A stretch of 63,908 nt of DNA, filler included, from Craspedostauros australis (taxonomy: Eukaryota), in the NCBI GenBank assembly GCA_030167865.1. It is 13 parts of 13 records of this genome, joined end to end, with 100 filler letters (N's around TTAATTAATTAA, not from the genome) between each part and the next. Parts side by side here need not be neighbours in the genome. Positions count along the whole stretch, not along the records: positions 31,015 to 37,617 come from JALAGF010005213.1; positions 37,718 to 53,113 come from JALAGF010005214.1; 11 more parts are not named here. One strand, given 5' to 3'. Numbering within the stretch: the first letter of the stretch is position 1; each line of letters opens with the position of its first letter. The notes beneath the pieces were generated by a model. The model was not told the origin of the DNA. It saw nothing but the letters and a program-made list of their open reading frames with translations, and did not search any database. The translations under genes and the position numbers were made by a program. Positions 34,501 through 46,740 of the stretch are shown in pieces.

Positions 34501-37500
34501 GAGAGCAGGTACCAATAGCTTTTTGATGGCTCCAGTGCGCCTCCGGTAGCTCGCAGCATCCCTTCCCAGGCGTCCACCACTGTTTGTATCTCCACCATGC
34601 ATCCTGCCTTGTCGCTGGGGTCCGTGCGGAGAGTGTGGATGAGATCGGTATCGTCAACGAACGAGAAGCACACCAACTTGACCGTTTCACGGGTCACTGG
34701 GCTGGTGGTTGAGAATCCGAAGTCCCTCGCCGACATGGCCTTCATCAGGGGGGAACTCATCGCCACCCATCCCGCGGGCGATATACCTAGGCCTTGTAGA
34801 AGACCTTGGAGCTTGCTGCCGCCGGCGGGATACGTTGTGGATGACACTCCGTACCCGGTGAGAACGTGGTGTTGCATAGCTTCGACTGACTGTATCACTC
34901 CCATCGAGAGGTGGGTTGGGACCCCCAGGGCTGTCATGCTTAGAAGCAGAGGGACGTGAGCCATCCTGTCGTAGCAGCTTTTGGCGTCGTTTGAGCAAAT
35001 CATTGTGGTGGAGGCTGTGAGTCGTATGATGTCATCTGTGAGGCGGTTGTTGAGGCTGACTTCTGCGGCGCTCTCCTGCTTTCTGCTGCCGTATTGTTCC
35101 TCGGGCAGGAGAGAGTGCTGTTCTGTGTGGCGCATCATTTCTCGCCCGATCCATTTCAGATTGGCGTTGAAGTCTCCTTCTACCAAGCTGATGGTGCGAA
35201 ATCGGTGTACTCGATAGTTTCCAGGCTCCTTGAGCAAGGTGACATCAGTGCACCACAGCCATCGTTTCAGATTGTATCCCGTGATGAGGGAGATCTCTCG
35301 CATGGCTGCGTCAACGCTGGCCAGCAGGTCGTCCTTAGCGTTGGCCTTCCATAGCCCGAAGTGCAGACCGGATGGACCAGAGGCTGTGCGTTCCCTTGCC
35401 TTCGACCATTGCTGCTGATGGTCGCCCACCGTCAGCACCAGTTGCTGCGGGCTCCATGGAATCGCGTTGCCTGATTGCTGCAGTTGCTCGAGGAGCGCTT
35501 GGGAATGCTCATCGAGATCGTCAGCCAGCCGCAGAACTCCCGTGGCGCCGGTTGTGACTGCTGCACCTTCCAGGTGACTGCGCTGCAGAGAGGACCCATA
35601 GGCCTGTCGGTATTTGGCTTCGTTCGCCCTCATGCACGCTCGTATGACTTCGTCTTCTCCGTCTGCGATGGTTTCCCTGCCGTCTTCCGACGTTTCGATG
35701 ACCATTGTGACTTTCCCGGCGTCGGCGTTTCCGATGGCTTGTCGGATCGCCTTGAACGTTTCAACGACCTCTTCTCGCTTCATGATCGCTATCAAAGCTG
35801 CCGCTGCTTGTTGGTTGCCGGCTAGGGCTTGCTCATCCGCTCTTTCCTCGAGGAAGCTTCTCCGATGTTGTAGCGCGCTTTTCTTCACCTCCAGCCATTC
35901 CCTGTGGGCCTCTTTTCTTGCAGTATCGATTTCGTCGCTCGTCATGTGTGATGTCGGTTGGCTCACCCCAGCTTGTCGTTTGGTCCGATCGTTGTACCAG
36001 GCGCTCACCTTCTTTCCTCCTCGTCGCTTCCATGCCAAGTCCCAAAACTTCTTCCGCAGCGCTGTCTGTTTGATGCGCGGCGAGTACGGAACCCGCCCCA
36101 TGTACACCTTCCGTGACCCTTTCTCCGCGGCTCGCATGGCTACGGCGCGGAGTGTATCGATGTCCTCCAGCTCGCGCCGATCTGCTGGACTGAGGAACTT
36201 CTGGCGTCGGGCGGCCTCCCAGAGCTTGTGCACTCTTTGTGGCAGGCTGGTTTTGGCGTATGTCGCGCGCAGTTCTGACTGGTACTTTGACACCGTCGCC
36301 GCGAGACTCATTCGTAGCCGTCGGCCTTCGAATCTTTTGGCCGGTGTGCTTGACGCCCCGAACAGATCTTCTGCTTCCACATCGATCCACGCAGTGCGGT
36401 GGTCCCAGCTGCCAAAGCTACTGTAACCTGCTCGCACGACTTGGACCGACTCCGATACCCATATCCCGTCAATCACCCTGTCTGACTCCGACCTTATGTG
36501 CGTCGCCACCTTTGGTGCCTGGGGATGCCGTGATAACACTGCTTCCTTGAGACCTTGCTGTCGCATCATGGTTGCCATTTGGGACCTTTCCACGGGCATG
36601 TTGACATCCCCGCCGATTATCACCGTTTGGTCCTCCGCGCGCCAGCTCGTGATGGCCTCCTGGAGGTCAAGAATCAGCTGCTGTATTGGCGATGTGTTGT
36701 ATCCGTTGGCTTCCAACCATGATGCTTGTTGGTTGAACACTGTGCCGGCTCCTGTGCCCCCTTTGGTCGGGACATAGACGCTGACCACTCTGATGGTGCA
36801 GCCTCTCTTGCCGTTCAATGTAATGCTGGCCCACCTGCCAAGACCTTTGGGGTCGTCTTGCCTTGATTGGAATCTCCCGGCTGGATGGCCTATGGCCAGG
36901 CAACCTGTTCCCCCCATTGTCTGGCGGTGCCCAGTGTCTCGTGCTTGTTGTGCGCGAGCGCGTGGCGCTCTTGTTGTATGTAGTGTTTCGTGCGCTCTTT
37001 CCAGGAGTTAGAGTTCGACACTTTCGACCAGTTGATCCCAATTTCTGAGAGCATGGCCACGTCGATTTTCTCCTGTTTGAGCCATTGCCACAAGTCCTTG
37101 TTCTTCCAGTGGCGACCAAGCTCGGGGAGCCCCCCTACATTCGGAGCAGCTAACCTGATAGCGGACGTGCTCTTGTTGAGGGTGGTGTCTCCCCAGTCTT
37201 GGTCTTGGAGGTTTCGCTCATCTCGACCCAAATCCTCCTCCGATGCACCCATTGGGCTTGCAGGAGCGGGTGTTGGTGCTTCCCTTACTCCCAGCCCTGG
37301 GTTAATCTTTGGTGTCGTCCCTGCTCGTGCTTGAAGCAGGGGCGTGCGACGCCTTGCCCTTTTCTTTGTTGGACTGCAGCTCCGCGATGATTCGATCGAG
37401 TTCGGCGATCCGTTGCGACTGCTCTTGCACTGTCGCACGGTCTTGTTCCGCCTGTTGGTTGGCCCTGGCTGCCTGGATTGATTTCTCCACTTCGTTGGCC

Positions 37501-37617
37501 TGTTCCTCAGCTGGTTCCGATTGGCTGCCCTGAGTGGTCGCCTCGGACTCCGGAATGCTGTAGTTGGTTGAGGTCATCGACCTTCCAATGGCTGTTCCGA
37601 ACGAGAAGAATGACGCG
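31527..37617 (-). mobile_element. Near-intact Ambal-like non-LTR retrotransposon (end of ORF1, ORF2, structured 3' UTR, TTAT tail)
   Basis: ORF1 coiled-coil end stops at 37302. ORF2 carries APE, RT, RNase H and a Zn-knuckle domain. The 3' UTR (31541-31691) has hairpins and ends in a (TTAT)n tail at 31527-31540. Confidence 0.92.
31692..37252 (-). CDS. LINE ORF2: AP endonuclease, reverse transcriptase, RNase H, Cys/His knuckle (1-nt frameshift at 36910-36915)
   Basis: APE: SVYVP, GGDVN, IDGIW, WDHR. RT: EQYGSRK, NDAKSCYDR, QGLLQGLG, FVDDTD. RNase H: SDGS, RAELAG, CDN, HVKGHQD, LNVEAD. Knuckle: CPSC...ETTMHFWTC. The APE N-terminus is in ORF 36890-37438. Confidence 0.95.
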
Positions 37618-38056
37618 NNNNNNNNNNNNNNNNNNNNNNNNNNNNNNNNNNNNNNNNNNNNTTAATTAATTAANNNNNNNNNNNNNNNNNNNNNNNNNNN
37701 NNNNNNNNNNNNNNNNNTTCCGCACCATGCCAACAGCTCAGCAGATGACCTCGGCATCCCATGTCCAAGCGGAGCAAAGCAGGTTACGCAGGACTTTGTA
37801 CCAACAAACTAAGCTTGGTGTAAAATAATATTATACTATATTTTGCATCCCATACGATAAGTCACTGTGCTCCATTACATGGTGTTATGTTGTGTAGCAT
37901 TCGCAAGTGTCGCTGTTGCAGCCGACGCGNNNNNNNNNNNNNNNNNNNNNNNNNNNNNNNNNNNNNNNNNNNNNNNNNNAGGTAAGAAGTACAGTGAAAG
38001 CTGTCATCAATGAACCTGCACGTACTCCAATCACAACACGAGAAACAACAAGGTAA

Positions 38057-38156
38057 TAATAATAATAACTCACAATGACAAAACCCATAGTAGGGAATGC
38101 CCTGAGGGCATTAGACTCGCCTGCACAGGCCTTACGGCGCAGGCTAGGTCGAGTAT
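38057..38156 (-). mobile_element. 100-bp retroposed insert (5'-truncated LINE end or SINE-like) with 10-bp TSD and (TTA)n tail
   Basis: Direct repeat AACAAGGTAA at 38047-38056 and 38157-38166. A TAA run adjoins the left repeat, and the insert has internal hairpins. Confidence 0.75.
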
Positions 38157-41100
38157 AACAAGGTAAACAATACCGCCGCCATCAGTCTCTTTCCGCACCA
38201 TGCCAACAGCTCAGCAGATGACCTCGGTATCCCATGTCCAAGCGGAGCAAAGCAGGTTACNCNGGACTTTGTACTAACAAACTAAGNTTGGTGTAAAATA
38301 ATATTNTACTATATTTTGCATACCANANNATAAGTCACTGTGCTCCATTACATGNTGTTATGTTGTNTAGCATTCGCAAGTGTCGCTGTTGCAGCCGACG
38401 CGCAGGGATGCCACCACCAACGCTGTGCTGCTCAACACAACACACACAAGCGAGGAAACGTCCAACCGAGCCAAATCACCAACAACGTGAGGAATCAACA
38501 CGACGCCGAACCTGGCGCAACTTCACCATCAATACAGTTGGACACCATTGCAGTCTGACATCGACCGTCAATGACGTCATCATTTTAGTCTACGGAGAAG
38601 ACAAGCCAGCCATGTTTTTGTGTCGTAAAAGCTAGCTATATTTATCTAACCCTAATGGACAACACGAAAAATCATGTTCTAAAAATATCACGTTTCAGTA
38701 TCTCAAATCCGCAGGATACTACACGACTTCGCTGAATGGGGTCCTAGATTGCAGGGGAAAGATTGGGGGTTCTAGGGGAAATTCTGTGAATACAAGGGAA
38801 ATCACAACGATGTCAGGGAAATTTGGAGTTCGACATGACTTTCGTGACTTGACTGACTTGATGCGCAGTGTGCTGCAACAAACCGGCAACGGACTTGGCG
38901 CATTGGAGTGAGTAAACCGTGCGTTCTCAACGAAGACAACAAGAGGGAAGCGAAGATGAAAGCAGCAGTAACGACAGCGTCAGCCACAGTGATAGCAGGG
39001 TAGTGTAGCGACCCGGCATGAAGAGGTGATGTCGGAGTGGCGAGGAAGGGTCACCGTCGTTTTACGGTGATGCGATCTTGTGGCCAAAAATGTGATCGTT
39101 GGGGCAATGGATTGGGGAAGAGTTTTGGGCACCGATGTTCGTGCGACATGTCCAAGAACAGAACAAAAAACAGAGAGCATTGGGGATGTCCGCAGAATGA
39201 CACATGAGCACAACAGAGGAGGTTTGTTGGGGAAGATCAACAGAACATCATCGTCATCAGCGCCATCTGCATCATCTGCGGAAGGCAGTTTGGCGCCAAA
39301 TTTGGCATTGCCACCATGGTGTGATGAATGAAGTTGGCGGCCATTTTCGGTCAAGCGCACACAACAAGGCATGACCGAAGAGTTTGTGGGTGGATGAACA
39401 ACGATTCGGAGTAGGACGGCAGGGAACGCATTGTTCGATCGCAACAGCCATGTTGCAGCCATGTCGAAGCCAATGAAACAGCCGAAGCGGAGTTTGCGGA
39501 CGTCTATTTGTGCTCGCAACGTGGCTCCGCTCCCACGAATCCGAGCAGAATGGGAAATCTCTCGTTGTTCAGTTCTCCAACAGGACTGATCGCGGCGACA
39601 CTCGCAGAGAGTGCACGAAGTTGTGCGAAGAGGAATGCAACGAGAACACGAAGAGCGAAAAATCCGATGTGCGTTTTTTGTTGTTGGTGGCAACAAAGGA
39701 ACGACTTTTGTTGCCCCCCTCTTGGGCAGAAACGCTGCGTGATGTCTCGGGCGGAGTTGTGGTGTCGTGCGTGTCGTGTCGTGTCGTGTGGTGAAACGCA
39801 TTGGAGACCGATTTGTGTGTGAGCGCAATTGTGAGCTTGTCACCACGACTGGCGCGCTAGTATGTGTGACATCAAGTTTCCGTTCACTCTTGTGTTGGAT
39901 GGCACGCACATGATCTTCGATAAGGGTAAATGTGGCTATTTAATTCGAAGTGATTTCGGCACTGATCGGAGTAACGCATCCCTGTTGCGGCCGACGGAAA
40001 GGTGCTGATGTGCGATTTCGTCCGCATCGGCTTTGTGACGCCGCTGCGGACTGTGCGTGTTGTTGTCGTGGGAGATTGGCACAAAGCCATCGCAGTTCGT
40101 GCGAATAGCGCAGATACGCGTACATTGTCAACACGACACACCACAATTGCGAGAATGAAAATCGATTCCTTTCGCGGCGGTTATTGCGCGACAGGGCACT
40201 GCGCGTTGTCGCGAGTTTCACCGTTGTCGGTGGCGATTTGGCCATTCAAAATAGATGACCCAAACGGAATTTGCGAATTTCTGTCGCACGGTAGGTGCTT
40301 GACTGCGCAGTAAATGTGTGAAGACCACAAAGAGCGTGTTGGTTGTGCCTTTGGCTTTGGCGCCTTTCTGGAGGGCCACCACAATCATCCAAAACCACAA
40401 AAAAGCATCAACAACCTCCGATCGGCCGTGACTTGTCACCATCATCATCAAGAGAGGCACAACGAAGAGGCATCCAAAGACCAAGGGTAACGCAGCCCTC
40501 TCGACACGGGAGACAAAAAGACCACGACTACGGATACAATCGACGCTATACATCTTGGTAGCAAACAACTCCATTGGACAAACCCGCATCTGCAAACCAA
40601 GACACTCCCAAGACGCAACTATCGCTGTTTCCCAAGACGCAACCATCGCTGATTCTCAAGACCTACGGTGTTATCCGCACTCGCACGAACACCGTTGCTC
40701 GCACCAGAGTACGAGCTATAGTCGGACCAAGCCATTCATACATACTCGCACTTGCGGTTCGATCTGAAGGTGCCAAAGACAGCTGCAACGATCGAACGTC
40801 GACGACTTGGCCGCTGACACTCTGGACGAGGTCTTTTTGCCACCAACAGGAGCAGCGACCAACACGCTTTTTCACAGCCATCACATCACACCATCGATTT
40901 CAATACATCACTGACTTCAACAAGGATTGCATCGTTGACTGCATTGTTGGCCGCAGCAAAGAACACATCAAAAGAGGAACCGAGAGAAACAGAAGAGAAC
41001 TTGATCTGTGAAGCTCCTTTCTGCTTTTCCCATCAGCGGAAGAGCATTCAAATCGCACCCAAACGAACAATCGTTCTGTCCAACGCTTCGAGTGCCATCT

Positions 41101-41469
41101 GCATCACATCACATCGTATTGTGATCGCACGTGCAGTCGTGACTTTCACCCGCTCGGCGGCTGACACTTGACAGTTGATAGATCGTATTATAGTTGACAT
41201 CCAGAGGTGGAATCGTCCTGCGAAAGTCGAGGTGCAAATACGCGGAAGTCATACTGCAGCCAACGCGAAGGGAGAGAGAGTGAGAACGGGACCGAGCGAC
41301 CACAAGAGAGTGAAGCTGCATCACATCACTTTTCTGTCACACCACTTTCACAGATCTGTCATAAAACGAACAGAGAGAGAACAGAAGATCGCAAGTCCAG
41401 ATCGCAATCGAGAGCGCAGCCAGGAGGAACGACGCACAAGTATTCTCAGCAAGCCGCTCAAAACAACAA

Positions 41470-41502
<33 letters not shown>

Positions 41503-41504
41503 CG

Positions 41505-42582
41505 ATGACAATGATGACAATGAATGCAACGAGGCGACGAGCTCCACTGAGATGCTCAACCTCCATCACGATATTGGTACTCATTGCTCTATCGATGCTG
41601 CAGGTCGCACAAGGTCAGCACTGGTGCGCGCTCTGTGAACTGGCTGCGCCTCCGGTCCGTCCCAACCACCTCATCGATGGTAAGCGGTGCCAGAATATAT
41701 ACATCGATGGATTCGGCATGTCCAGCGGCGATTCCCAGTGTACAGCCATCCTCAACAGAGCAAGGACAGAGTGCTGCGATGAAAGTCTCTCCATCACCGA
41801 CACTCCAACAGCGTCTCCAGTCTATCAGGGTCCGGTCGGAAATAATCCGCCCTGCCCAGTCTGCAGTAAGTCACTTTCGGCGCTTTTTGTGTCATGCCAG
41901 GCATGAGATGATGATGTGATGCGACATGATGTGATGAGGTACTGTGCGCAACTTCTGCGTTGCCGTGCTTTCAAGCCAATCCATCTCACCCAAATCCCAA
42001 ACTGTCCATCTTTTACACAACGCAACTACCCGCACTCGGCATCTACCTTTTCTCAACCGTGCAGGAACCCTCGAGTATCCTGGCTTGCCAAAGAATGGTG
42101 TGGATGCACGATACATCGGAAAGCACTCTTGCGCTGTGCTTTACGACATGGGCCTCAATGGTCTCATCGAAGGCAGGGTGTGCGAAGCGTACCAGGACTT
42201 TTCAATGATCGAGTGCGGCTGCGGAATCCACAACCCCGCATGCAAGGCTGATTCCAGCAATTGCTATCAAGGAGATCCTGTGGTCGCCACAGGTCCACCA
42301 ACCGATACACCCACGGCAGCGCCCTACCTCCCACCTTTCAAAGACCCGCCGCTTGAGAAGTTTCGCGTCAGCCTGGCATCTCTGGAGGGATTCGGAGGAG
42401 CCGGTGGCCAGTACAAAGGCAACAGACGGAATCTCGAAGCTGCTGACCAGCCTCGCAAACGTTCACTTCGCTCTCGCAACAGGCCACGCGGTTCATCATC
42501 AAGGCAAGCGCAGACAAACACACCCATTGAAACAGAAGTTGTCTTCAAGAGCTACAGACCACACGGCAACGAGGCATCGTGA
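41505..42582 (+). CDS. Secreted Cys-rich two-repeat protein, two exons (intron 41866-42064)
   Basis: Hydrophobic signal ITILVLIALSMLQVAQG. Repeat 1 is WCALC...C...C...ECC. A GT-AG intron joins in frame to give CPVCRTLEYPG...C...C...ECGC. TDTPTA linkers; basic C-terminus (RRNL, RKRSLRSR). Confidence 0.8.
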
Positions 42583-43545
42583 GAGCGCCACATTCGCATG
42601 CAAATACAATACATGCGTCCTCTGTGTGAATGCCATTCACAAGTGCGCACACGCCCCGACAAAACTCACCACGGCTTGGCTGAATACTCTGGGTGCAGTC
42701 GATTCAGCGTCGTGACTGTCACAGCTTGGAAGCTGCATGCTGGAAGCGGACGAAGCTACACACTATTGTTGCCGATGGATGCACATGCATGTCAGCGACA
42801 GCACAATTCCACCCACATCAAATCATGAATGATGTGCGGTGCGATCATAGAATTCATTGACCACCAAATCCCAAAGAAGGAACGCCTATCCCGCCGCAAA
42901 ACATTTCGCATACTGACATGTGCATTGATGGCACATGCACACGGCTCATCTCCATACCAATGCGTGTTGCATTGCATCGCAGTGCATTGCGACACTCTCC
43001 ATGATTACATCATATGCATGCTACATGCTCTACTACTATACGATACATTTCACAAGTATGAGAAGAACGAAAGCCAGCGAGGCGACGTGCGTCCATCACA
43101 ACAGTCCAAACCATTGTGTACATAACATCCCATGTTCTGGGCAGGGACTTCATAACATTAGCTCAACCTATTTCTGTCAGACACAGAAACTCATTCAAGC
43201 ATAAGAGCAAAAGCCAAACCAAGAGGAGGTGGAACTGGAGTGGTATGAAACAACATGGGATGCATGACATGGCGTGTGGGAGGAAGCGGGTGATGTGATC
43301 TCCTCGTTCTCAGCGTGGAGATTGACGCGCCATTTCTCGAAGGACAATAATAACGGTTTGTAACGGTCGTTTGAAACACTCAACAAACAGCGTTCGGCGG
43401 CAAGTCCACGATGGGCGCAACATGGTGCTTCCCCCGTTTCTTCGGCGCGTCCAGACATCCCAACACAATCATACTCCTCTCTCTCTCTGAAGAGACCGCA
43501 GAGAGTATTGGTACTCCGTTGCATCGTGGCATCAAGACATGGACA

Positions 43546-46500
43546 ATGGCGAGACCTGCGAAACAACCAACAACGCCGCCGAGGCATGCTGGGAGCAACG
43601 CGAATGATACGCAGGACAGCCCGTTGCCGGCGCGGCTGCTGTTGGCCAACAACAAGAAGATCACGACGTCGGAACCCCTGATCCCGCAAGGCGTGATGCC
43701 ATCGTACCTGGCCGACGCCTTCCAGGAGCTGTACGAGGAGGATGGATTGGTATGCCTCGCAAGGGGGTTGGGATGGCTGCAGCTGCTGGCCTCCTTCGTG
43801 CGCTTCTACGCGGACGTGCACGAGGGCCATCTCGCCATCCTGGAGGACAACGACGAGCTGGAGATGGAGACGCCGACGGCCTCCGTGTGCGCCACGAAGA
43901 AGCCCCCGTTGGTGCTCGTGATCGGCCTGCGACAGCAGAATCAGGAGTACGACACTTTGCTCGCCACGTTGGAGTCGTGGGGCACCATCCCCGAGATGCT
44001 GCCCATCGTCATCACCAACGAGAGCGGTCAGAGCAAGGACCGCGCCGCCATGTACGCCAAGGGCGGGGTCTTCTGCATCACGAGCCGCATCCTCATCGTC
44101 GACCTCCTCACCAAGACCATCTCCTGCAGCAAGATCGACGGCATCCTCATCGCGCACGCAGATCAGGTCACCAACGAATCCACCGAGGCCTTCATCATCC
44201 GCATCTACACGACGCAGAAGCGCAGGAATCACGGCTTCATCAAGGCCTTCTGCGATTCGCCCGATGGTCTGCTGCAGGGATTCGCCAAGGTCGACAAGAC
44301 GCTCAAGGCGCTGCACGTAAGGCGGCTGTACCTCTATCCCAGGTTCCACGACAGCGTGCGGACGGAGCTGGAATCGAACCAACCTATCGTGGAAGAGCTG
44401 TACCAGCCGCTGTCGCCCAAGATGAAGGAGATTCAGAACGCCATCGTTGCGGCCGTGCAGACCTGCATGAGAGAGCTCAAGGGATCGACGCCGTTCGTGG
44501 AGTGGAATGGCGAAGACCTATCCATCGAGAACTGCGTCACGTCGAGTTTCGATCGCGCCGTCTCGCGTCAGCTGGAGCAGGACTGGCATCGCCTCAAACC
44601 GCAGACGAAGCAGCTCGTGCAGGATCTACGAACGCTGCGTACACTCTTCCAGTCCTTGATTCAGTACGATTGCGTCAGCTTCTGGAAGCTCATCAATTCC
44701 ATCAAGACCCTCAGCGCGGCATCGCGCCATCCATCCATGTGGCTGCTCAGCGCGGCGGCGGATGTCCTCTTCCGAAAGGCCAAGGAACGCATCTACAAGA
44801 TCCAGCGTGGCCGGCCTACGACCAAAGTGCCCAATCCCGTTGGGACACTCATTCCCATCCTTGAGGAGAACCCCAAATGGGGGCTGCTGAGGAAGGTCGT
44901 GGATGAGATATTGGTCAAGGAAGACGCCAAGAAGGAGCAGCAGCAGCAGTCCGATGACGCGCAGCGCAGTCCGCCGACGATCCTCATCATGGTGAAGGAG
45001 GAACGCACCGTCAAGACGCTCAAGCGGTACTTGATGGATGGCAAGCAGACCGCAATGCTGTTCTATTGGCATAGGTACCTCGAAAACTACAACGATCGAT
45101 CCCGGTCCAAGGCCGACATAGCCATGTCCGAGGAGAGCCGGCTGCTCTTGGAAGAAGAAGGCCGGGTGCGTAGGTTGCTATTCGGGCGTGACAGTATCAT
45201 CCGCGACAACGCTGCGCCACAGGCTACTATGGCATCGGCATCGGCATCGCGCAAACGTGGCAACCCGTACTCCAATCAAAGCGCGCAGCAGATGACCTCG
45301 CCGGGTGGCGCTGCGGCGACGACGTTGAACGCTGTCCCAGACTACATCCGAAAGAGACGCAAGATCGCGATGGAGAAGTCGCGAGGAATGCTGTCAAGCC
45401 AACGCGATGATCTGGATCGCAGGGCCGTTCTAGACGAGGCCATCGAGGAGACGGAACAAAGCATCGAGGCGCTCGCAACTGCAATATCCGAGAGCCCAAC
45501 CAAGCTTCCGAAGTTGGATGCGAACGATGACGATGATGAAAATGACATTGATGATGACACAAAAAAGACCTCATCGGAATCTCTGTACGACAGCATGTTC
45601 GCCGTTCAGAAACCGCGCGAACCGCAGGTCCTCATCCGCACATTCTCCAGCATCGACGGCGATCATGCCAGCATGCTGCTGTCCGATTTGCAGCCCAACT
45701 ACGTCATCATGTACGATAACGACCTTGCCTTCGTCAGGTCGCTGGAGGTCCATTCCTCTCTATTTTCGACGCAGGAGCAACGCCTTCGAGTGTATTTCCT
45801 GGTGTTCGAGGCCAGCGCCGAGCAGAAACGATTCATGAAAGCGCTGGCGCGGGAACAGAGCGCCTTCGAACGGTTGATCCATCACAAGAAGACCATGCCA
45901 CCACCGATCCTTCAGGTCGAGGGCACGCAGGAGATGCAGGTCGCGATTGAAAGCGGGGACTCGCAATCCATTTACGGAACCGCGGATGTACCGCTTGCAT
46001 TCGACACCAGGCAGGGCAAGGGCAGGGCCAAGCCAAACGAAGAGAAGCGCGATGTCGCCGTGGATGTACGCGAATTCCGATCGGCGTTGCCATCCATCCT
46101 GCATCAGGGTGGCATGCGATTGGCGCCGGTGACACTGACGGTTGGCGATTTCGTCCTCAGCAGCGTGCACTGCGTGGAGCGCAAGAGCATCAGCGATCTC
46201 TTCGGCAGCTTTGCAAGCGGGCGTCTATACACCCAGGCCGAAGCGATGAGCAAGTTCTACAAATGCCCGTGCTTGCTCATCGAATTCGACCCAACCAAGT
46301 CGTTCTGTCTCCAAAACTCGAATGAGCTGGGGTTGGAGATCCGGAACGACTCTATATGTTCCAAGATGGCGATCCTCACGATGCACTTCCCCAAGCTGCG
46401 CATCCTCTGGTCGAAGAGTCCGCACGAGACGCTGCACATGTTTCGGGCGCTGAAGCAGAACCACGAAGAAGTCGACGTCGAAAGGGCCATGGAGGTGGGA

Positions 46501-46740
46501 CGCAGCGAATCCGTCGAGTACCTGCTCAACAATGGCGGCGACGAAGACGAAATCAACGAAACGGCCCGCGACATGCTGCTTCGTCTTCCAGGCGTCAATA
46601 TGAACAATGCGAGGAAGATCATGCAAGAATGCGACACCATAGCGGAGTTGTCGGAAATGTCCCGAGACGATCTGCGGCGCATCGCGGGTCCAGTGGCAGG
46701 TCAGAAGCTATTCACTTTCTTTCGCAGAACCTGCGGCTGA
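43546..46740 (+). CDS. XPF: DNA repair endonuclease XPF (ERCC4/Rad1)
   Basis: Inactive SF2-like N-terminus (GGVFCITSRILIVDLL, TEAFIIRIY, GFIKAF, LYLYPRFH). ERCC4 nuclease motifs VDVREFRS, VGDFVLS, VERKSISDL. C-terminal HhH (LLRLPGV). Intronless; the ORF opens at 43411 and 43546 is the likely start. Confidence 0.96.
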   Translation: MARPAKQPTTPPRHAGSNANDTQDSPLPARLLLANNKKITTSEPLIPQGVMPSYLADAFQELYEEDGLVCLARGLGWLQLLASFVRFYADVHEGHLAILEDNDELEMETPTASVCATKKPPLVLVIGLRQQNQEYDTLLATLESWGTIPEMLPIVITNESGQSKDRAAMYAKGGVFCITSRILIVDLLTKTISCSKIDGILIAHADQVTNESTEAFIIRIYTTQKRRNHGFIKAFCDSPDGLLQGFAKVDKTLKALHVRRLYLYPRFHDSVRTELESNQPIVEELYQPLSPKMKEIQNAIVAAVQTCMRELKGSTPFVEWNGEDLSIENCVTSSFDRAVSRQLEQDWHRLKPQTKQLVQDLRTLRTLFQSLIQYDCVSFWKLINSIKTLSAASRHPSMWLLSAAADVLFRKAKERIYKIQRGRPTTKVPNPVGTLIPILEENPKWGLLRKVVDEILVKEDAKKEQQQQSDDAQRSPPTILIMVKEERTVKTLKRYLMDGKQTAMLFYWHRYLENYNDRSRSKADIAMSEESRLLLEEEGRVRRLLFGRDSIIRDNAAPQATMASASASRKRGNPYSNQSAQQMTSPGGAAATTLNAVPDYIRKRRKIAMEKSRGMLSSQRDDLDRRAVLDEAIEETEQSIEALATAISESPTKLPKLDANDDDDENDIDDDTKKTSSESLYDSMFAVQKPREPQVLIRTFSSIDGDHASMLLSDLQPNYVIMYDNDLAFVRSLEVHSSLFSTQEQRLRVYFLVFEASAEQKRFMKALAREQSAFERLIHHKKTMPPPILQVEGTQEMQVAIESGDSQSIYGTADVPLAFDTRQGKGRAKPNEEKRDVAVDVREFRSALPSILHQGGMRLAPVTLTVGDFVLSSVHCVERKSISDLFGSFASGRLYTQAEAMSKFYKCPCLLIEFDPTKSFCLQNSNELGLEIRNDSICSKMAILTMHFPKLRILWSKSPHETLHMFRALKQNHEEVDVERAMEVGRSESVEYLLNNGGDEDEINETARDMLLRLPGVNMNNARKIMQECDTIAELSEMSRDDLRRIAGPVAGQKLFTFFRRTCG

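Noticed and set aside
19675..37617. YR plus RT as a DIRS-like retroelement
   Set aside because: The RT belongs to a non-LTR APE element on a different scaffold, and no DIRS-type RT/RNase H lies on the YR scaffold.
38800..41170. ORFs such as 38980-39909 (-) and 40574-41011 (+)
   Set aside because: They are low-complexity, have no recognisable motifs and start at non-ATG codons. They look like intergenic or UTR sequence, though a small gene cannot be excluded.
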